From positions 30,224 through 94,223 of the IMG/VR virus record IMGVR_UViG_3300025087_000048: 64,000 nucleotides of DNA. One strand, given 5' to 3'. The stretch's first letter is position 1, and every line of letters starts with the position of its first letter. Source of the stretch: a virus. Positions 37,313-47,607 of this stretch are shown here, in pieces. The notes beneath the pieces are model-generated. The model had not been told where the DNA came from. It ran no database searches and saw only the letters and a list, made by a program, of their open reading frames with translations. A program made the position numbers and the translations under genes.

Positions 37313-37563
37313 AATGAACATGCCATGCTCGAGTCGAGACTGCATCAATTCTGCTGTGGCTCTGGCTCCGCAGGTGCGGGGAGCGGTGATCTCCCAAGCA
37401 ACAACCCAGTGGATATGGGTCGCGGCCTGCGAAGAGCATCTCCATGGCTGGTGGCGGGGGTGCGATATTCCCCATCACGAACGGCCATCAATCGTCCCGT
37501 ATCACGCACGGAGGAATTCAGCATGAACAAATCACGACGTGAGTTACTCAGAGAGCTCCTCGC

Positions 37564-37785
37564 ATGTCCCAGGGTACATTAACATTTACCGTGGGACGCA
37601 TGCTCTGCGGGTCAGTGCGCGACTTCCTCAAAGAGACCAGATTTAGGGGGGCGGCGATCAACTGGATTGAATCCTCCGGCCGGTTGGAACGGCAGTTTGT
37701 GGTACGTGGTGACTACGAAACTCTTGACAGGATGCGTTCTAGTATTGTTGCGCGGGCCAATGAAATAAACAGAGAGGAGGGGTGA
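37564..37785 (+). CDS. hypothetical protein
   Basis: Early-region ORF. Confidence 0.5.
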   Translation: MSQGTLTFTVGRMLCGSVRDFLKETRFRGAAINWIESSGRLERQFVVRGDYETLDRMRSSIVARANEINREEG

Positions 37786-37876
37786 TTCTATTTTTAGAGT
37801 CGGATACGAGGGAATGCTCGTATCCTGCCATTCGCACATGCGTGAATCAATACAAATCAGTACAGGAGAACGGCAC

Positions 37877-38089
37877 ATGGCCTTCCAACGGACCCAGCAA
37901 AGCGTACGTGCCCTCTGCATTGGCTCCAGAATCGACGATCTTCCAGGGGACAATGCCCTGATGGCCGACTTCACCCCATCGGGCAGCCTGACCCCCTTTG
38001 TGACCCCCTCAGAGGCGATGGACTCCGGGCAGGTAGACGACCTGCTTGAATGGCTCAGGGCGTACAAGCTGGACCAAAAAGGAAGATAA
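37877..38089 (+). CDS. hypothetical protein
   Basis: SD AGGAG before ATG 37877. Confidence 0.5.
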   Translation: MAFQRTQQSVRALCIGSRIDDLPGDNALMADFTPSGSLTPFVTPSEAMDSGQVDDLLEWLRAYKLDQKGR

Positions 38090-38091
38090 AC

Positions 38092-38385
38092 ATGGAACTG
38101 AACACGATTGCCACAGCCGTTACGGACCTGATGAGCACTTTTGAAACACAACCCATATCCGAGCAGATTGAAGTGCTGGTGCAGCAAATCGGAATGAAGA
38201 CGGAAACCTTTGATATCATGTCATTGCCTCTTCGAGCCCGCCCTGCGTTTATCCGCTTGATCCTTCTCCTCGTCGAATCTGCCCCGGACGATGTTCTGAC
38301 AACGGTATGCGCCACCGCATATATTTCAGCCGTTGCCATCAGCCGCGCCTACGATGACCCCGCCTGGCGAGAGAAGCTGGAATAA
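38092..38385 (+). CDS. hypothetical protein
   Basis: SD AAGGA; helical. Confidence 0.5.
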   Translation: MELNTIATAVTDLMSTFETQPISEQIEVLVQQIGMKTETFDIMSLPLRARPAFIRLILLLVESAPDDVLTTVCATAYISAVAISRAYDDPAWREKLE

Positions 38386-38396
38386 GGAGACACACA

Positions 38397-38885
38397 ATGT
38401 CATACGAAGGGCGTGAGTTTTTTCTATGTGAAGACGGGCACTTAACCATCCTTGATTCATCTACGAGTACCAACCTCGGGGAGAACTGCTTCGCAGTAAA
38501 CTGTACAGCAAGATTCTATCGGCAGGCTTCCGTCGATGATACAAACGGAGATGGACGTGAACCAAGGACTGAGATTATTATGCCAGAGCAGACATGTCAA
38601 TGCTGCGACTGTAGGAATATTCATACCACCAAGGAAGCTATACACAGACCGCTTGACAGAACTGAATGGCAGACTCTTGATTCATCCAGGCAGGAATCAA
38701 AGAACGAGCGGTGGAAGCTTGAGAAGGGAGGTGAACAGATTCTCACGGGAACATATGCGGAATGTATGCTGTGGTTGACACGGCATTGTCCGCATCCGAT
38801 CTTGCAGTCAGCACTGGAACGGGGGTATCACATTGAGCCGACGACGGTCGGAGGGAACCCACCATGCAAATCCGTAAGCAGTTGA
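38397..38885 (+). CDS. Cys-rich hypothetical protein
   Basis: MSYEG...LCEDGH...SVDDTN...C..C; SD AAGGAG. Confidence 0.6.
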   Translation: MSYEGREFFLCEDGHLTILDSSTSTNLGENCFAVNCTARFYRQASVDDTNGDGREPRTEIIMPEQTCQCCDCRNIHTTKEAIHRPLDRTEWQTLDSSRQESKNERWKLEKGGEQILTGTYAECMLWLTRHCPHPILQSALERGYHIEPTTVGGNPPCKSVSS

Positions 38886-39051
38886 GGAACGCCGCGCTGA
38901 TCATGGCCCAGCATCCCGAGGAATATTTGAAATGCTGCTGGAATCGGACCTGCCCCTCCGGGTATCACGGGATGCATGTCCGGGTACGATTCAAGAGTCG
39001 GGCACGCCACCATGGAACCAAGACCGGGCAGAGCAAAAAGGCCAGCAAGTA

Positions 39052-39474
39052 ATGGGCACCAATTACGATTGGCGGACAAAGGTATGCCAAACGTGTGGGC
39101 ATGCAGCAGAAGAGAAGCACATCGGAAAGTCCTCGGCCGGATGGTGTTTTGCGCTTCATGTCTATCCGGAGGAGGGCATCCTCACCCTTGAGAATTGGAT
39201 CACGAAATGGACCGCTGATCCACAGGGGGTGATTCGGAATGAGTACGAGGAAGTGCTTTCTGTTGAGGAAATGATTGAGGTGATCACCCGCCGGATGTGG
39301 CCAGCTCGCAACAATGATCTTTCGCCCGAGTGGTTCAAGGTCAATCACGCAGAACCAGGGCCCGCTGGATTGACTCGGCATAAGATTGAACGTGAGTTGG
39401 CTATCGGCTACGGCAACGGATGCATCGGACATGGCGAAGGGGCATGGGATCTGCTCATAGGAGAATTTTCATGA
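39052..39474 (+). CDS. conserved-looking phage hypothetical protein
   Basis: MGTNY...C..CG...HIGKSSAGWCF.LH...I.NEY...GEFS. Confidence 0.7.
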   Translation: MGTNYDWRTKVCQTCGHAAEEKHIGKSSAGWCFALHVYPEEGILTLENWITKWTADPQGVIRNEYEEVLSVEEMIEVITRRMWPARNNDLSPEWFKVNHAEPGPAGLTRHKIERELAIGYGNGCIGHGEGAWDLLIGEFS

Positions 39475-39773
39475 CCTACTGGATCTACATTTTCTTCGGG
39501 ATACTGGGTACGCTGATGTGTCTCAACTTCTGGTTACTGTTACGGAATCACAGAGTTGGACGGTTCAGGCTTGCACTCATTGACCAAATCTCCGAGGCAG
39601 CACAAGCAGATCTCCACGACGGGGAAAAGTCATGGCGATGGCGATACGACGTGTTGAACCAAGTTTCCTACGAGCATATGCTCTACCAATTCTGGAAACC
39701 ACTTCGTCCAGATGTGTGGTGGAAAGACACATCGTTTCTTGATCCTGGACAATTTGATCCGGCATGGCGATGA
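39471..39773 (+). CDS. membrane-anchored hypothetical protein
   Basis: N-terminal TM; RN..V...SY..ML..FWKPL. Confidence 0.6.
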   Translation: MTYWIYIFFGILGTLMCLNFWLLLRNHRVGRFRLALIDQISEAAQADLHDGEKSWRWRYDVLNQVSYEHMLYQFWKPLRPDVWWKDTSFLDPGQFDPAWR

Positions 39774-39843
39774 GAAAACGAAAGATCCCACGGGCAAAAC
39801 GTAGATTTTGATTCATCCGTGCGTGAATTGAGGGGAGGTGAAC

Positions 39844-40053
39844 ATGATGTCTTATCTGGATCGGTTGACAACCGCATGTCTTCGAGCGTTTTACGATCAA
39901 GCGTCGCAAGCGTCACCTCAGCTCCGTCCGCCCATTGAACCATATCTTCGGCGAGCGGCCAGTCTCGCGTCAATTCATGGATGGGCCTGGGGATTCGCTA
40001 TCGGCTGGGTCCTCGGTAGTCTTGGATCGGCACTCTACTGGTACATGCAATAA
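39844..40053 (+). CDS. small membrane protein
   Basis: SD GGAGGTG; C-terminal TM. Confidence 0.5.
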   Translation: MMSYLDRLTTACLRAFYDQASQASPQLRPPIEPYLRRAASLASIHGWAWGFAIGWVLGSLGSALYWYMQ

Positions 40054-40080
40054 CGCCCACACGTTCAGGAGAACCAACAC

Positions 40081-40389
40081 ATGCCCACACAGACAAAGGC
40101 AGCTTTAACTCCCGCATCATTGGCAGCGGTCAAGATCCCGCTTCAGGCGGTTCGGGCCATCATATCAGAACGAGTCACGGTGACACGCACTCAGCTCTGC
40201 GATGAATTCCACGTCATTTTGACGCACCTTGAGCATCTTGTCAACACCTTCTCCGGTGAAGTGTACACGGCTGATTCCACAGGACAGACCGTCAGCTATG
40301 CTCAGCTCTACGCCACACTGAACCATCTGCAATCTCAGATCGGGGCAAGCAAAGAGCAGGTGCTCAAACTACGAAGACCCAGGACGTAA
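40081..40389 (+). CDS. hypothetical protein
   Basis: SD AGGAG. Confidence 0.55.
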   Translation: MPTQTKAALTPASLAAVKIPLQAVRAIISERVTVTRTQLCDEFHVILTHLEHLVNTFSGEVYTADSTGQTVSYAQLYATLNHLQSQIGASKEQVLKLRRPRT

Positions 40390-40411
40390 TACCCACGACA
40401 AGGAGAACTTG

Positions 40412-40903
40412 ATGCCAAAGAAGATTCCTGATGGCGAAACTGAGGTGCTCATGGAACTCTGGAGAGCCCTCACACCAGTCCCAACCATCGCTACACGATT
40501 ACACATTAGTCGTCAAAGTGTGTACGCCAGGCTTCGTCGCCTCAGAGAGCAAAATCACATCGTTGATAGTCGTCCTCGAGGATCTCGAAACTATATTCCA
40601 TCTGCACGACGAATTGCCGCATTGAAAAACCTTCCTGTTCTATGGGAGTCCTCGGCATCCACTCAAGAAATCGCAGAGAAAATTCACTATTCAGTGCCGC
40701 AAACCTTTGCTTTTGCCCGCCTCTTGAAACTGCCATCCAGACATCGACGTCACCAGAAACCTCTTGATGAACACCGACAAGCGGCCATCGTGATTCTTCG
40801 AGAGAGCGAATGGGTCTTCGAAGATATTGCTGCTATCTTGACCATTTCCAGACAGCGAGCACACCAACTATGGACAAAAGCACAAAAGCAGAAGACATCA
40901 TAA
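40412..40903 (+). CDS. multi-HTH DNA-binding protein
   Basis: IATRLHISRQSVY; EIAEKI; FEDIAAILTISRQRAHQL (sigma region-4-like). Confidence 0.75.
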   Translation: MPKKIPDGETEVLMELWRALTPVPTIATRLHISRQSVYARLRRLREQNHIVDSRPRGSRNYIPSARRIAALKNLPVLWESSASTQEIAEKIHYSVPQTFAFARLLKLPSRHRRHQKPLDEHRQAAIVILRESEWVFEDIAAILTISRQRAHQLWTKAQKQKTS

Positions 40904-41126
40904 GCAAAACGATTCTCCGTCATGCCACCCTGCTCGCCTGTCTCCACACCACGGATGAAAACATTCATATTTACGCAACGCTGACACGTGCCCAACATTG
41001 GGCTCACCACCCGGGAGAGGCGGACACGTCCCAGAAACTGTCGTCAGCACTCAGGGAGTATCGGCGACTCGTGCATGCGTGGAGACGACTGTATCGAGAC
41101 GATCCCCCAGGATTTAGGAGCCCAAC

Positions 41127-41420
41127 ATGGATAAGAGTGTGTTGAAACTCGGCACTGCGATTGGATTGTTTTTCATTGCGTTCACTGGATTCTTCTGGGA
41201 ATGCTTCGTCATATGGAAACTTTGGTCCTGGTACGGCGTCCCACTCGGGGGAATATCAATTCCATTCGGTGCAGTCATGGCCTTCTCTCTTATACTTTTT
41301 ATGAGCACCGACCATCTGCACCCTGACCGACCAGCAGATACGGAAGCATTGGAAAAACGACTGAGTGCGCAAATAGGTGGTTCCCTTATCGCATTCATTC
41401 TTGGATGGTTGTTAAAATAA
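41127..41420 (+). CDS. membrane protein
   Basis: Three hydrophobic segments; KLW.WY..PL. Confidence 0.6.
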   Translation: MDKSVLKLGTAIGLFFIAFTGFFWECFVIWKLWSWYGVPLGGISIPFGAVMAFSLILFMSTDHLHPDRPADTEALEKRLSAQIGGSLIAFILGWLLK

Positions 41421-41435
41421 AGAAGGAGTGCCGAC

Positions 41436-42191
41436 ATGAGCTATTCGGACTACGGCGGGTTTGCGTGGAAGAACGGGGTCAGATATACAGAGGCAGAAGA
41501 TGGCACCGTAGTGGGTGTTGTCGCCCCGCAGGAACGTCCTCTTGAGGCAGCAACAGGTCTCAAGTTTGATGTTCTTCTGAACGCCGCACAGCAGCAAGGG
41601 CAAAAATACGGACAGGAGGATGACCGATACGATTGGCATACGCAGCACCCCCATCATGTTGTCTTTGGTGGCATGTCCGGGATCGCTCTTGTTGGACATA
41701 AACAAAGTGTCACGATCCTCTACAACGGGAAAGAGATTCGAACATTTCCGGCATATGACGGAGAGGCACTCGACGAACAACGCAACGGCCCATACGAAAT
41801 TACTGGGCAACGAGATGGATTCATCTGGGTCATCCTGGCAATCACGTACCCCCACAGCGATGGGTGTCTTCTATATCTCAGGCTTCCAGATGGGACAGCG
41901 TTATCCGGGTGTTGCGGCTACGGGATAGGCAGTCATTGGTGGAAAGACGATGATGGACGTGAGTTTCTAAAAACAGGAGATCGTTCAGACCCTGATACGG
42001 GTGGGTGGGTGTGGCAGAGCGATGCCCAAGACGAAGATTGTAAACAATTGGGGGTGAAACCAGGGTCGATCATTGGATATAAACAGGAAGAACCGTGGCC
42101 AACATATGCGCAGTGGAAAGCACGCGTCCACGAGTGGGCGACCGATCGAGTCGATATCCTCATAGAGAAAGGAGAAATCAATGGGAGCTGA
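41436..42191 (+). CDS. hypothetical protein
   Basis: MSYSDYGGFAWKNG...GCCGYGIG; SD AAGGAG. Confidence 0.7.
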   Translation: MSYSDYGGFAWKNGVRYTEAEDGTVVGVVAPQERPLEAATGLKFDVLLNAAQQQGQKYGQEDDRYDWHTQHPHHVVFGGMSGIALVGHKQSVTILYNGKEIRTFPAYDGEALDEQRNGPYEITGQRDGFIWVILAITYPHSDGCLLYLRLPDGTALSGCCGYGIGSHWWKDDDGREFLKTGDRSDPDTGGWVWQSDAQDEDCKQLGVKPGSIIGYKQEEPWPTYAQWKARVHEWATDRVDILIEKGEINGS

Positions 42192-42582
42192 TATTCATTG
42201 TTACGTTGAATACAGACACAAAACGGATCAACTCGCATGGTCTTCGTTCGGCGGACAGATCAACCCTGGGCGAAATTATCTGCTCTTTGAACGGATGGCT
42301 GGTGTCCGTGGATCACTGGATCAAGCCATTGTTCAGCCCCGTGGAATTCCAGATGATCTTGGATATTATGCCCATGAGGATTGGAAGGTCGATTCAGATC
42401 CTCGTGGTGCATGTCATACCCCGTCATGGCTCACGTTGAAAGAGTTTGCACGTGTCCTCGCAAAGTACGAAGTAAAGTACGATGAGGTTGCACCCGTTGA
42501 ATATCGTGCCTTGTGTGCAGCCATGCAATGCCTTGCAACAGATCCAGCTGAGGTTCGTCTCGTCTTCTGGTTTGACTCATGA
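42181..42582 (+). CDS. conserved-looking phage hypothetical protein
   Basis: MGADIH.YVE...RNY.LF..MAGVR...PRG.P.D...H.PSWLTL.E...VRLVFWFD. Confidence 0.75.
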   Translation: MGADIHCYVEYRHKTDQLAWSSFGGQINPGRNYLLFERMAGVRGSLDQAIVQPRGIPDDLGYYAHEDWKVDSDPRGACHTPSWLTLKEFARVLAKYEVKYDEVAPVEYRALCAAMQCLATDPAEVRLVFWFDS

Positions 42583-42908
42583 ATAAACAAGACATTGAAA
42601 ATAAGTTGCGTGCTGTTCCTCGACTCCAGCATGACGATGGCGACCACGTGCTTCCAGATTATCCAGCACTTACTGACCTTGTCATCTCTCTCATTGCAGA
42701 TCTCCCGCCAGATATGTGCACATGCGGACGGAGTGCTTTTGAAGCGGTCGGCGATGATCTCTTGGACCATGAAAAAACATGTGCGATTTACTTGGCTGCA
42801 CGTATCACAAGATTGACAGCGGTTATTAATTCCTGTTGTGGTGAACCAGAACTCACGTCATGGGAAATCACTAACAGACTCAATAACGTCATTGAGGAAG
42901 GGCTGTGA
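42579..42908 (+). CDS. hypothetical protein
   Basis: ATGA-coupled; C.C...H...C. Confidence 0.5.
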   Translation: MNKQDIENKLRAVPRLQHDDGDHVLPDYPALTDLVISLIADLPPDMCTCGRSAFEAVGDDLLDHEKTCAIYLAARITRLTAVINSCCGEPELTSWEITNRLNNVIEEGL

Positions 42909-43162
42909 TTACCATCGTTGTATCCATCGTCCCATTCGGGCTGAAATCAAAAACAGAAGTCCTGTACATAATGGACATTGTCAACGATATGACCGGCTCC
43001 CCGAAAGTTGGCAACTACCGCGTGCACATCAAGAATGGAAAGGAGGAAGAACTGTGGCGTGGGCGCGTCGTGCGTCATCGTCGAAAACAAGGGGTGCTTA
43101 AACTTGTGGACTTGGCCATTTCTCAATTTGAGAAGGAGGGTGGTGATACCCGAAAATCCTGA
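42905..43162 (+). CDS. hypothetical protein
   Basis: MI.I.V...P.G...I.ND.TG....GNY...V..H.R. Confidence 0.55.
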   Translation: MITIVVSIVPFGLKSKTEVLYIMDIVNDMTGSPKVGNYRVHIKNGKEEELWRGRVVRHRRKQGVLKLVDLAISQFEKEGGDTRKS

Positions 43163-43480
43163 CAATATGACTATTCACACATACATGAAAGGACGGGACT
43201 CGATCATGGTGTACCCACCTCGTGGGGGAGACTTAACCAGAGAAACCATTCTTGCAATGGCCAATGATGTGATGGCCCGTGGAATGGATGTCTGGTTCAA
43301 GTTTACGTGTCCGTCATGTGGTTTCCGATGCACCGCAGAGACAAAGAATACGTTGCTTGACAACTACGAATGTTTCGAATGTAAAGAAACATGCGCACCG
43401 CAATACTTCGGATTGCTTGTTGCGATGTTTCTTAGGCCATCACCGGGATCTATACCCCAGTCAACGAATGGAGATACCGC

Positions 43481-44923
43481 ATGACCTTTCAGGAGAACAT
43501 TCAACTTGCCACGCTTGCTGGCGCTCGAGGAATCTGGATTACAACGTTCGAAGAAGTCCGTGTCCGTGAAGAGCTTCTTACACTGGCTGATCGCCTTGGA
43601 CAACTTACATTCACGTGGTCATCTGGATCTGGACTGCAATCAAGGGACACCGTGATTCTTCCACCAGCCGCAAAGCTGATGGGAGCCTTACAGTACATGC
43701 AGGATTCTAAGCAGGAAGGATGGTTCATTCTTTTTGACGCACATGCAGACCTCGAGGGTGTTCTTCGTCGTGTTCGTGAGCTGGTTCTCTACGGTGTTGC
43801 CAAGTGCCTTATGGTCTCTCCGAAGTCAGAGATCCCTTTTGAACTTTCTCATGAATTCATTCCCATTCCGTATAATCTCCCGACCAAAGTGGAACTTGCT
43901 AATTCTCTAAAGAATACACTAGATGTTCCAGCAGCTGGAATCTTTCAGGTTGCTGAATCGGCTGCCGGATTAACCCTCCATGAAGCACACTATGCAATCC
44001 GACGAGCCGTCATGGCTGGACATAAGAAGATTCCGGCACTTGTCCGCAACGTATGGGAATATAAGACAGATCAGATCTCTCAATCTGGAATGCTCACGAT
44101 CTCACGACCAACCGAAACGTGGAATGACGTGGCTGGCATCTACGGATTCAGATCCTGGATTGATTCACGCTTGCGTGTATTCAGTCCGGAAGCCCGCAAA
44201 AGAGGGGTCCCAATTCCGCGAGGTGTGCTCTTCGTAGGACCATTCGGCACCGGAAAATCTTTAATTTCCAAAGTCATAGCATCGAAACTGGGCTGGCAAT
44301 ACGTTGAGTGGAAATTGGACAAGCTGATGGACCCATTTGTTGGCAATACCGAATCCAATACACGACGCATGATCGAATTGACCGAACTTCATGCCCCCTG
44401 CGTTGTTCGCATTGATGAGATCACCAACCAAGTCTCTGGTCACGAATCATCCGGGTATACGGATTCCGGGGTTGTCAGCCGGATGATCGGAACCATCCTG
44501 ACATGGATGGAGGAACGCACGTCTGACATTTTCCTTGCTGCCTCGACGAACGAACCGTGGAAATTACCTGGACATATGGTCCGCGCTGGGCGATTCGATG
44601 CCATCTTCTACGTCGGTCTCCCCAAAGCTGATGCCTTGGAGGATGTTCTGAAACTCAAGCTCATGAAATATTCTCCTACAATCGACATGACCGCTGTTGA
44701 TATTCCGGAGATGGCTCGCACGATGGCCGCAGAGAAGTTTTCCGCTGCAGAAGCTGAACAAGTTGTCATAGAATCAGTACAAACAGCCTATCCCAACCTT
44801 CCGGACGCCCGACATCTCCAACGGGCATTGCACGCTGTCGTTCCTTCTGCTGTCACGATGGCGGAACAAACCAAGCGCATTGAGGAATGGGCTCGGACTC
44901 GTGCGCAATCCGCCGATCGGTAA
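43481..44923 (+). CDS. AAA+ ATPase (Ycf46-like, degenerate N-terminal AAA domain)
   Basis: GPFGTGKS, RIDEI, DSGV.SR....LTWM.E, ASTN, RAGRFD..FYV.LP. Confidence 0.92.
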   Translation: MTFQENIQLATLAGARGIWITTFEEVRVREELLTLADRLGQLTFTWSSGSGLQSRDTVILPPAAKLMGALQYMQDSKQEGWFILFDAHADLEGVLRRVRELVLYGVAKCLMVSPKSEIPFELSHEFIPIPYNLPTKVELANSLKNTLDVPAAGIFQVAESAAGLTLHEAHYAIRRAVMAGHKKIPALVRNVWEYKTDQISQSGMLTISRPTETWNDVAGIYGFRSWIDSRLRVFSPEARKRGVPIPRGVLFVGPFGTGKSLISKVIASKLGWQYVEWKLDKLMDPFVGNTESNTRRMIELTELHAPCVVRIDEITNQVSGHESSGYTDSGVVSRMIGTILTWMEERTSDIFLAASTNEPWKLPGHMVRAGRFDAIFYVGLPKADALEDVLKLKLMKYSPTIDMTAVDIPEMARTMAAEKFSAAEAEQVVIESVQTAYPNLPDARHLQRALHAVVPSAVTMAEQTKRIEEWARTRAQSADR

Positions 44924-44961
44924 TCCGAGTCATCCTTCACATATCTCCACAGGAGGTTCCT

Positions 44962-45357
44962 ATGGCTGATGACCCAGAACCGGAGTTTGCTGACATGTTG
45001 GCTCACCTGCTGAAGCAGCTCGTTGGCACGTCTCGAAACCCGTCTGATCCTAAATCGGACAATCCGAACGATTACGAGCGATCCGTCGAGATCACGGATG
45101 ACGAATCCATTCTGTTGTTTGACAAGGTCCAGTATATTCGTAAAACTGGGGAACGAAAACTCTCTGAACTCAATGCCCTCAAACATGAACATGATGCGGT
45201 CAGGGAGCGGTTCTTTCTTCGTCTTGAAGATGCGTACCCAATCATTTCGGGGTCGGCAGCTCGTGCCGGAGTCGGATGGCGTTCCTGGCGTGGCAAGTTG
45301 TACTACGTTGCGTGGGATCGGAAAGAACAATCCAATTCGGATTCCCAGCCTGTCTGA
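44962..45357 (+). CDS. hypothetical protein between the AAA ATPase and the Ubl
   Basis: SD AGGAGG. Confidence 0.6.
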   Translation: MADDPEPEFADMLAHLLKQLVGTSRNPSDPKSDNPNDYERSVEITDDESILLFDKVQYIRKTGERKLSELNALKHEHDAVRERFFLRLEDAYPIISGSAARAGVGWRSWRGKLYYVAWDRKEQSNSDSQPV

Positions 45358-45438
45358 CTTGATCTCCGACGGCCTCCAGGATTGTCCAGGATGGCCGACA
45401 CGGGGACTTCTCACCCACACCAGTACAAGGAGATGGAC

Positions 45439-45720
45439 ATGGCCAACGGAGTCAAGACGAAGGAACATACGACGCCTGTGGACGCAGAGATTCCCACCCC
45501 GGCAATGATCACGATCAGTATCGGGCAACTCGGACGGAAATTGGCCACCATTCAGGTTGCTCCAGGAACCACGCTCAAGGATGCCGTGATCGCCAATGGG
45601 CTTCAGAATACTGAGATCCGTTTGCGTGGGGCAAAAATGCCCAATGACACGGTGCTGGAAGAAGGGGACCTGATCATCTCCGCTCCAGATGCCGTGGTTG
45701 GTGGCAGAACCAATAGGTAA
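45439..45720 (+). CDS. ubiquitin-like (beta-grasp) protein ending GG plus a 4-aa extension
   Basis: ITISIG...IQVAPGTTLKDA...EIRLRG...DTVLEEGDLI....AVVGG-RTNR; SD AAGGAG. Confidence 0.8.
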   Translation: MANGVKTKEHTTPVDAEIPTPAMITISIGQLGRKLATIQVAPGTTLKDAVIANGLQNTEIRLRGAKMPNDTVLEEGDLIISAPDAVVGGRTNR

Positions 45721-45721
45721 G

Positions 45722-46372
45722 CTATATCGAAGAAACTACAGGAGCTCCAGGTGTGCGCGGCACCCATGTTTCAGCGCCTTTGGTTCGATTGCATGGCCAA
45801 CAACAGGGGACCACGTTGTCTTTGGTGTGTGCCCCGCCTACTCCCAGGGGGATGACATGATCCATTGACGGTTTCCGACTCCGGCGTGTTTTCCATGGTT
45901 TTCCACAGTAGGCGCACAACCCAACAAACGATCGGACAATAATTCGCCACTCACGAGGGGTCAAAGGATGAACCGATGTTTCAATCTGAATCTTCCGTTT
46001 TTCGGCGTGTCGCCGCCACTTGTTATGTAAATACACTTGTCCCTTTTCTGTTGCCAGATACCGGCGAAGCGTGATCTGTCGTTTTTCTGTCTTCCGATAG
46101 CGAGCTTTAATTTCACTTCCTTTTTCAGCGTTATGTGCCTTGCTCCACGCTCGATACGCTGGATCTTGCCATCGACGTTTGCCATACGCCCGTTGTGCCT
46201 CACGGTGCGTGCTGTTAAAGGCGGTTCGTTTTGCGTGCTCGCACGTTTTGCAGTCGCCCGGGATACTAGTGTGAATATACGGTTCCCCGCGACGGACACG
46301 CTGACGATGACGCACGCAAAAGGAGGTGATGTCCTTCGTTTCGTGACAGGTCGCACACTGTTTCGTTTCCAT
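45722..46372 (-). CDS. HNH endonuclease, inserted antisense
   Basis: KQCATC...CKTC; CAYCG...MDHVIPL..GG.HT.DNVVPCC..CN..KG. Confidence 0.9.
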   Translation of the reverse strand: METKQCATCHETKDITSFCVRHRQRVRRGEPYIHTSIPGDCKTCEHAKRTAFNSTHREAQRAYGKRRWQDPAYRAWSKAHNAEKGSEIKARYRKTEKRQITLRRYLATEKGQVYLHNKWRRHAEKRKIQIETSVHPLTPREWRIIVRSFVGLCAYCGKPWKTRRSRKPSMDHVIPLGVGGAHTKDNVVPCCWPCNRTKGAETWVPRTPGAPVVSSI

Positions 46373-46421
46373 AGCCACACCGTACCAGATGCAATCACCT
46401 CATGCAAGGAGAGAACATCCC

Positions 46422-46838
46422 ATGACATCAGGACAGCGAAACCCCCGCAGTGATTATTTCCCCGATCTCTCTCAGTTCAAAATGACAGCACGCCACGAAC
46501 AACCATACGTGCGTGAATCTGAAGTGATCAATATGCGACTGATTGACGCCCTGCTTCGAACGCAGGACACTACAAAGGCCGTGACCTTTACATGTTCCCG
46601 AAGCTGGCAAAAACGAGTCTGCGACGCGATTTACTCATTCGTACGAAAGCAAAATCAGAAGCTGACCGTTCATCGAACATGCCGTAAGAACCAAGTGAGC
46701 ATGTGGGTCTCGACCTTTGTGAGTCGAAAGCGGCATGTGCCAGCGATCCAGCTCCCCGAAGCGCGTGCAGCCCGCGCAGCATCAAAGCAAGCGCAGTCTG
46801 CATTGCTGAAGCGGGAACGAAAGCACTCGAACGCATGA
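46422..46838 (+). CDS. basic hypothetical protein
   Basis: SD AAGGAG. Confidence 0.55.
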   Translation: MTSGQRNPRSDYFPDLSQFKMTARHEQPYVRESEVINMRLIDALLRTQDTTKAVTFTCSRSWQKRVCDAIYSFVRKQNQKLTVHRTCRKNQVSMWVSTFVSRKRHVPAIQLPEARAARAASKQAQSALLKRERKHSNA

Positions 46839-47047
46839 TTATCAAGCTCAGTGGGAAGTGGACGGGTCCACATGTTCATGAACATGTATTTGTTGGACCC
46901 GATATTGATCATCTTGCGCTTGCCGGTGTGCTCCATCTTGGGGTAGAAGAGTCCTCGAAATTTAGAATAGCTCTCAGACTTGGAGCTATGCAAACGAACG
47001 GACGTGTTTCAATACTTGATGTTCCTATACGTAAGGAGGACGTATGA
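46835..47047 (+). CDS. hypothetical protein
   Basis: ATGA-coupled on both sides; GPHVH..VFVG......ALAG.L. Confidence 0.55.
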   Translation: MIIKLSGKWTGPHVHEHVFVGPDIDHLALAGVLHLGVEESSKFRIALRLGAMQTNGRVSILDVPIRKEDV

Positions 47048-47607
47048 ACCACCACATCGGACGAGCATCAGCAACATCTGTAACACTTGCAATTTCTGAT
47101 CAATTATTACGTGAATTGTGGGTGTACTCCCTCGCTACTGATCGCGAAATCTCTGGAATTGGGGAAGTCCATGGACCTGCATCAAATTTGCTGATCACGA
47201 CCCCACTGCATCTCCTCAAGCAGCAAGGAAATTACGTGAAGACAGTCCTCGATATCGACGAGGTCCTGGCACTTCTTGAACAATACATCATGACAGGAAA
47301 GGACCCGGAAACGTTGCGTTTCTGGTATCACAGCCATGCCTACCACCCGGCGTTCTTCTCGGAACAGGATCATGCCACCATCCGAAAATTAAGTGCCATG
47401 ATGCCTGTCTGTGTGGCTGGAGTCGTCAACCACAGAGGGGATTCAGCCTGGGAGGTCATCATCGAAAATGCTGTCACGTACTCGTTCTCTCTAACAATTC
47501 CAGGGGTACGTCCAACTAAAGCCGAAACGGATCTCGTCCATCCGTATCTTGACAAGATATTCACGATCCTCCCACCTCAAACATCTCATGAGGCATTGAC
47601 ATGGTAA
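47044..47607 (+). CDS. JAB/MPN+ metalloprotease (deubiquitinase-like)
   Basis: EISGIG...Q...WYHSH...FFSEQD..T (E, HxH, S, D). Confidence 0.9.
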   Translation: MNHHIGRASATSVTLAISDQLLRELWVYSLATDREISGIGEVHGPASNLLITTPLHLLKQQGNYVKTVLDIDEVLALLEQYIMTGKDPETLRFWYHSHAYHPAFFSEQDHATIRKLSAMMPVCVAGVVNHRGDSAWEVIIENAVTYSFSLTIPGVRPTKAETDLVHPYLDKIFTILPPQTSHEALTW

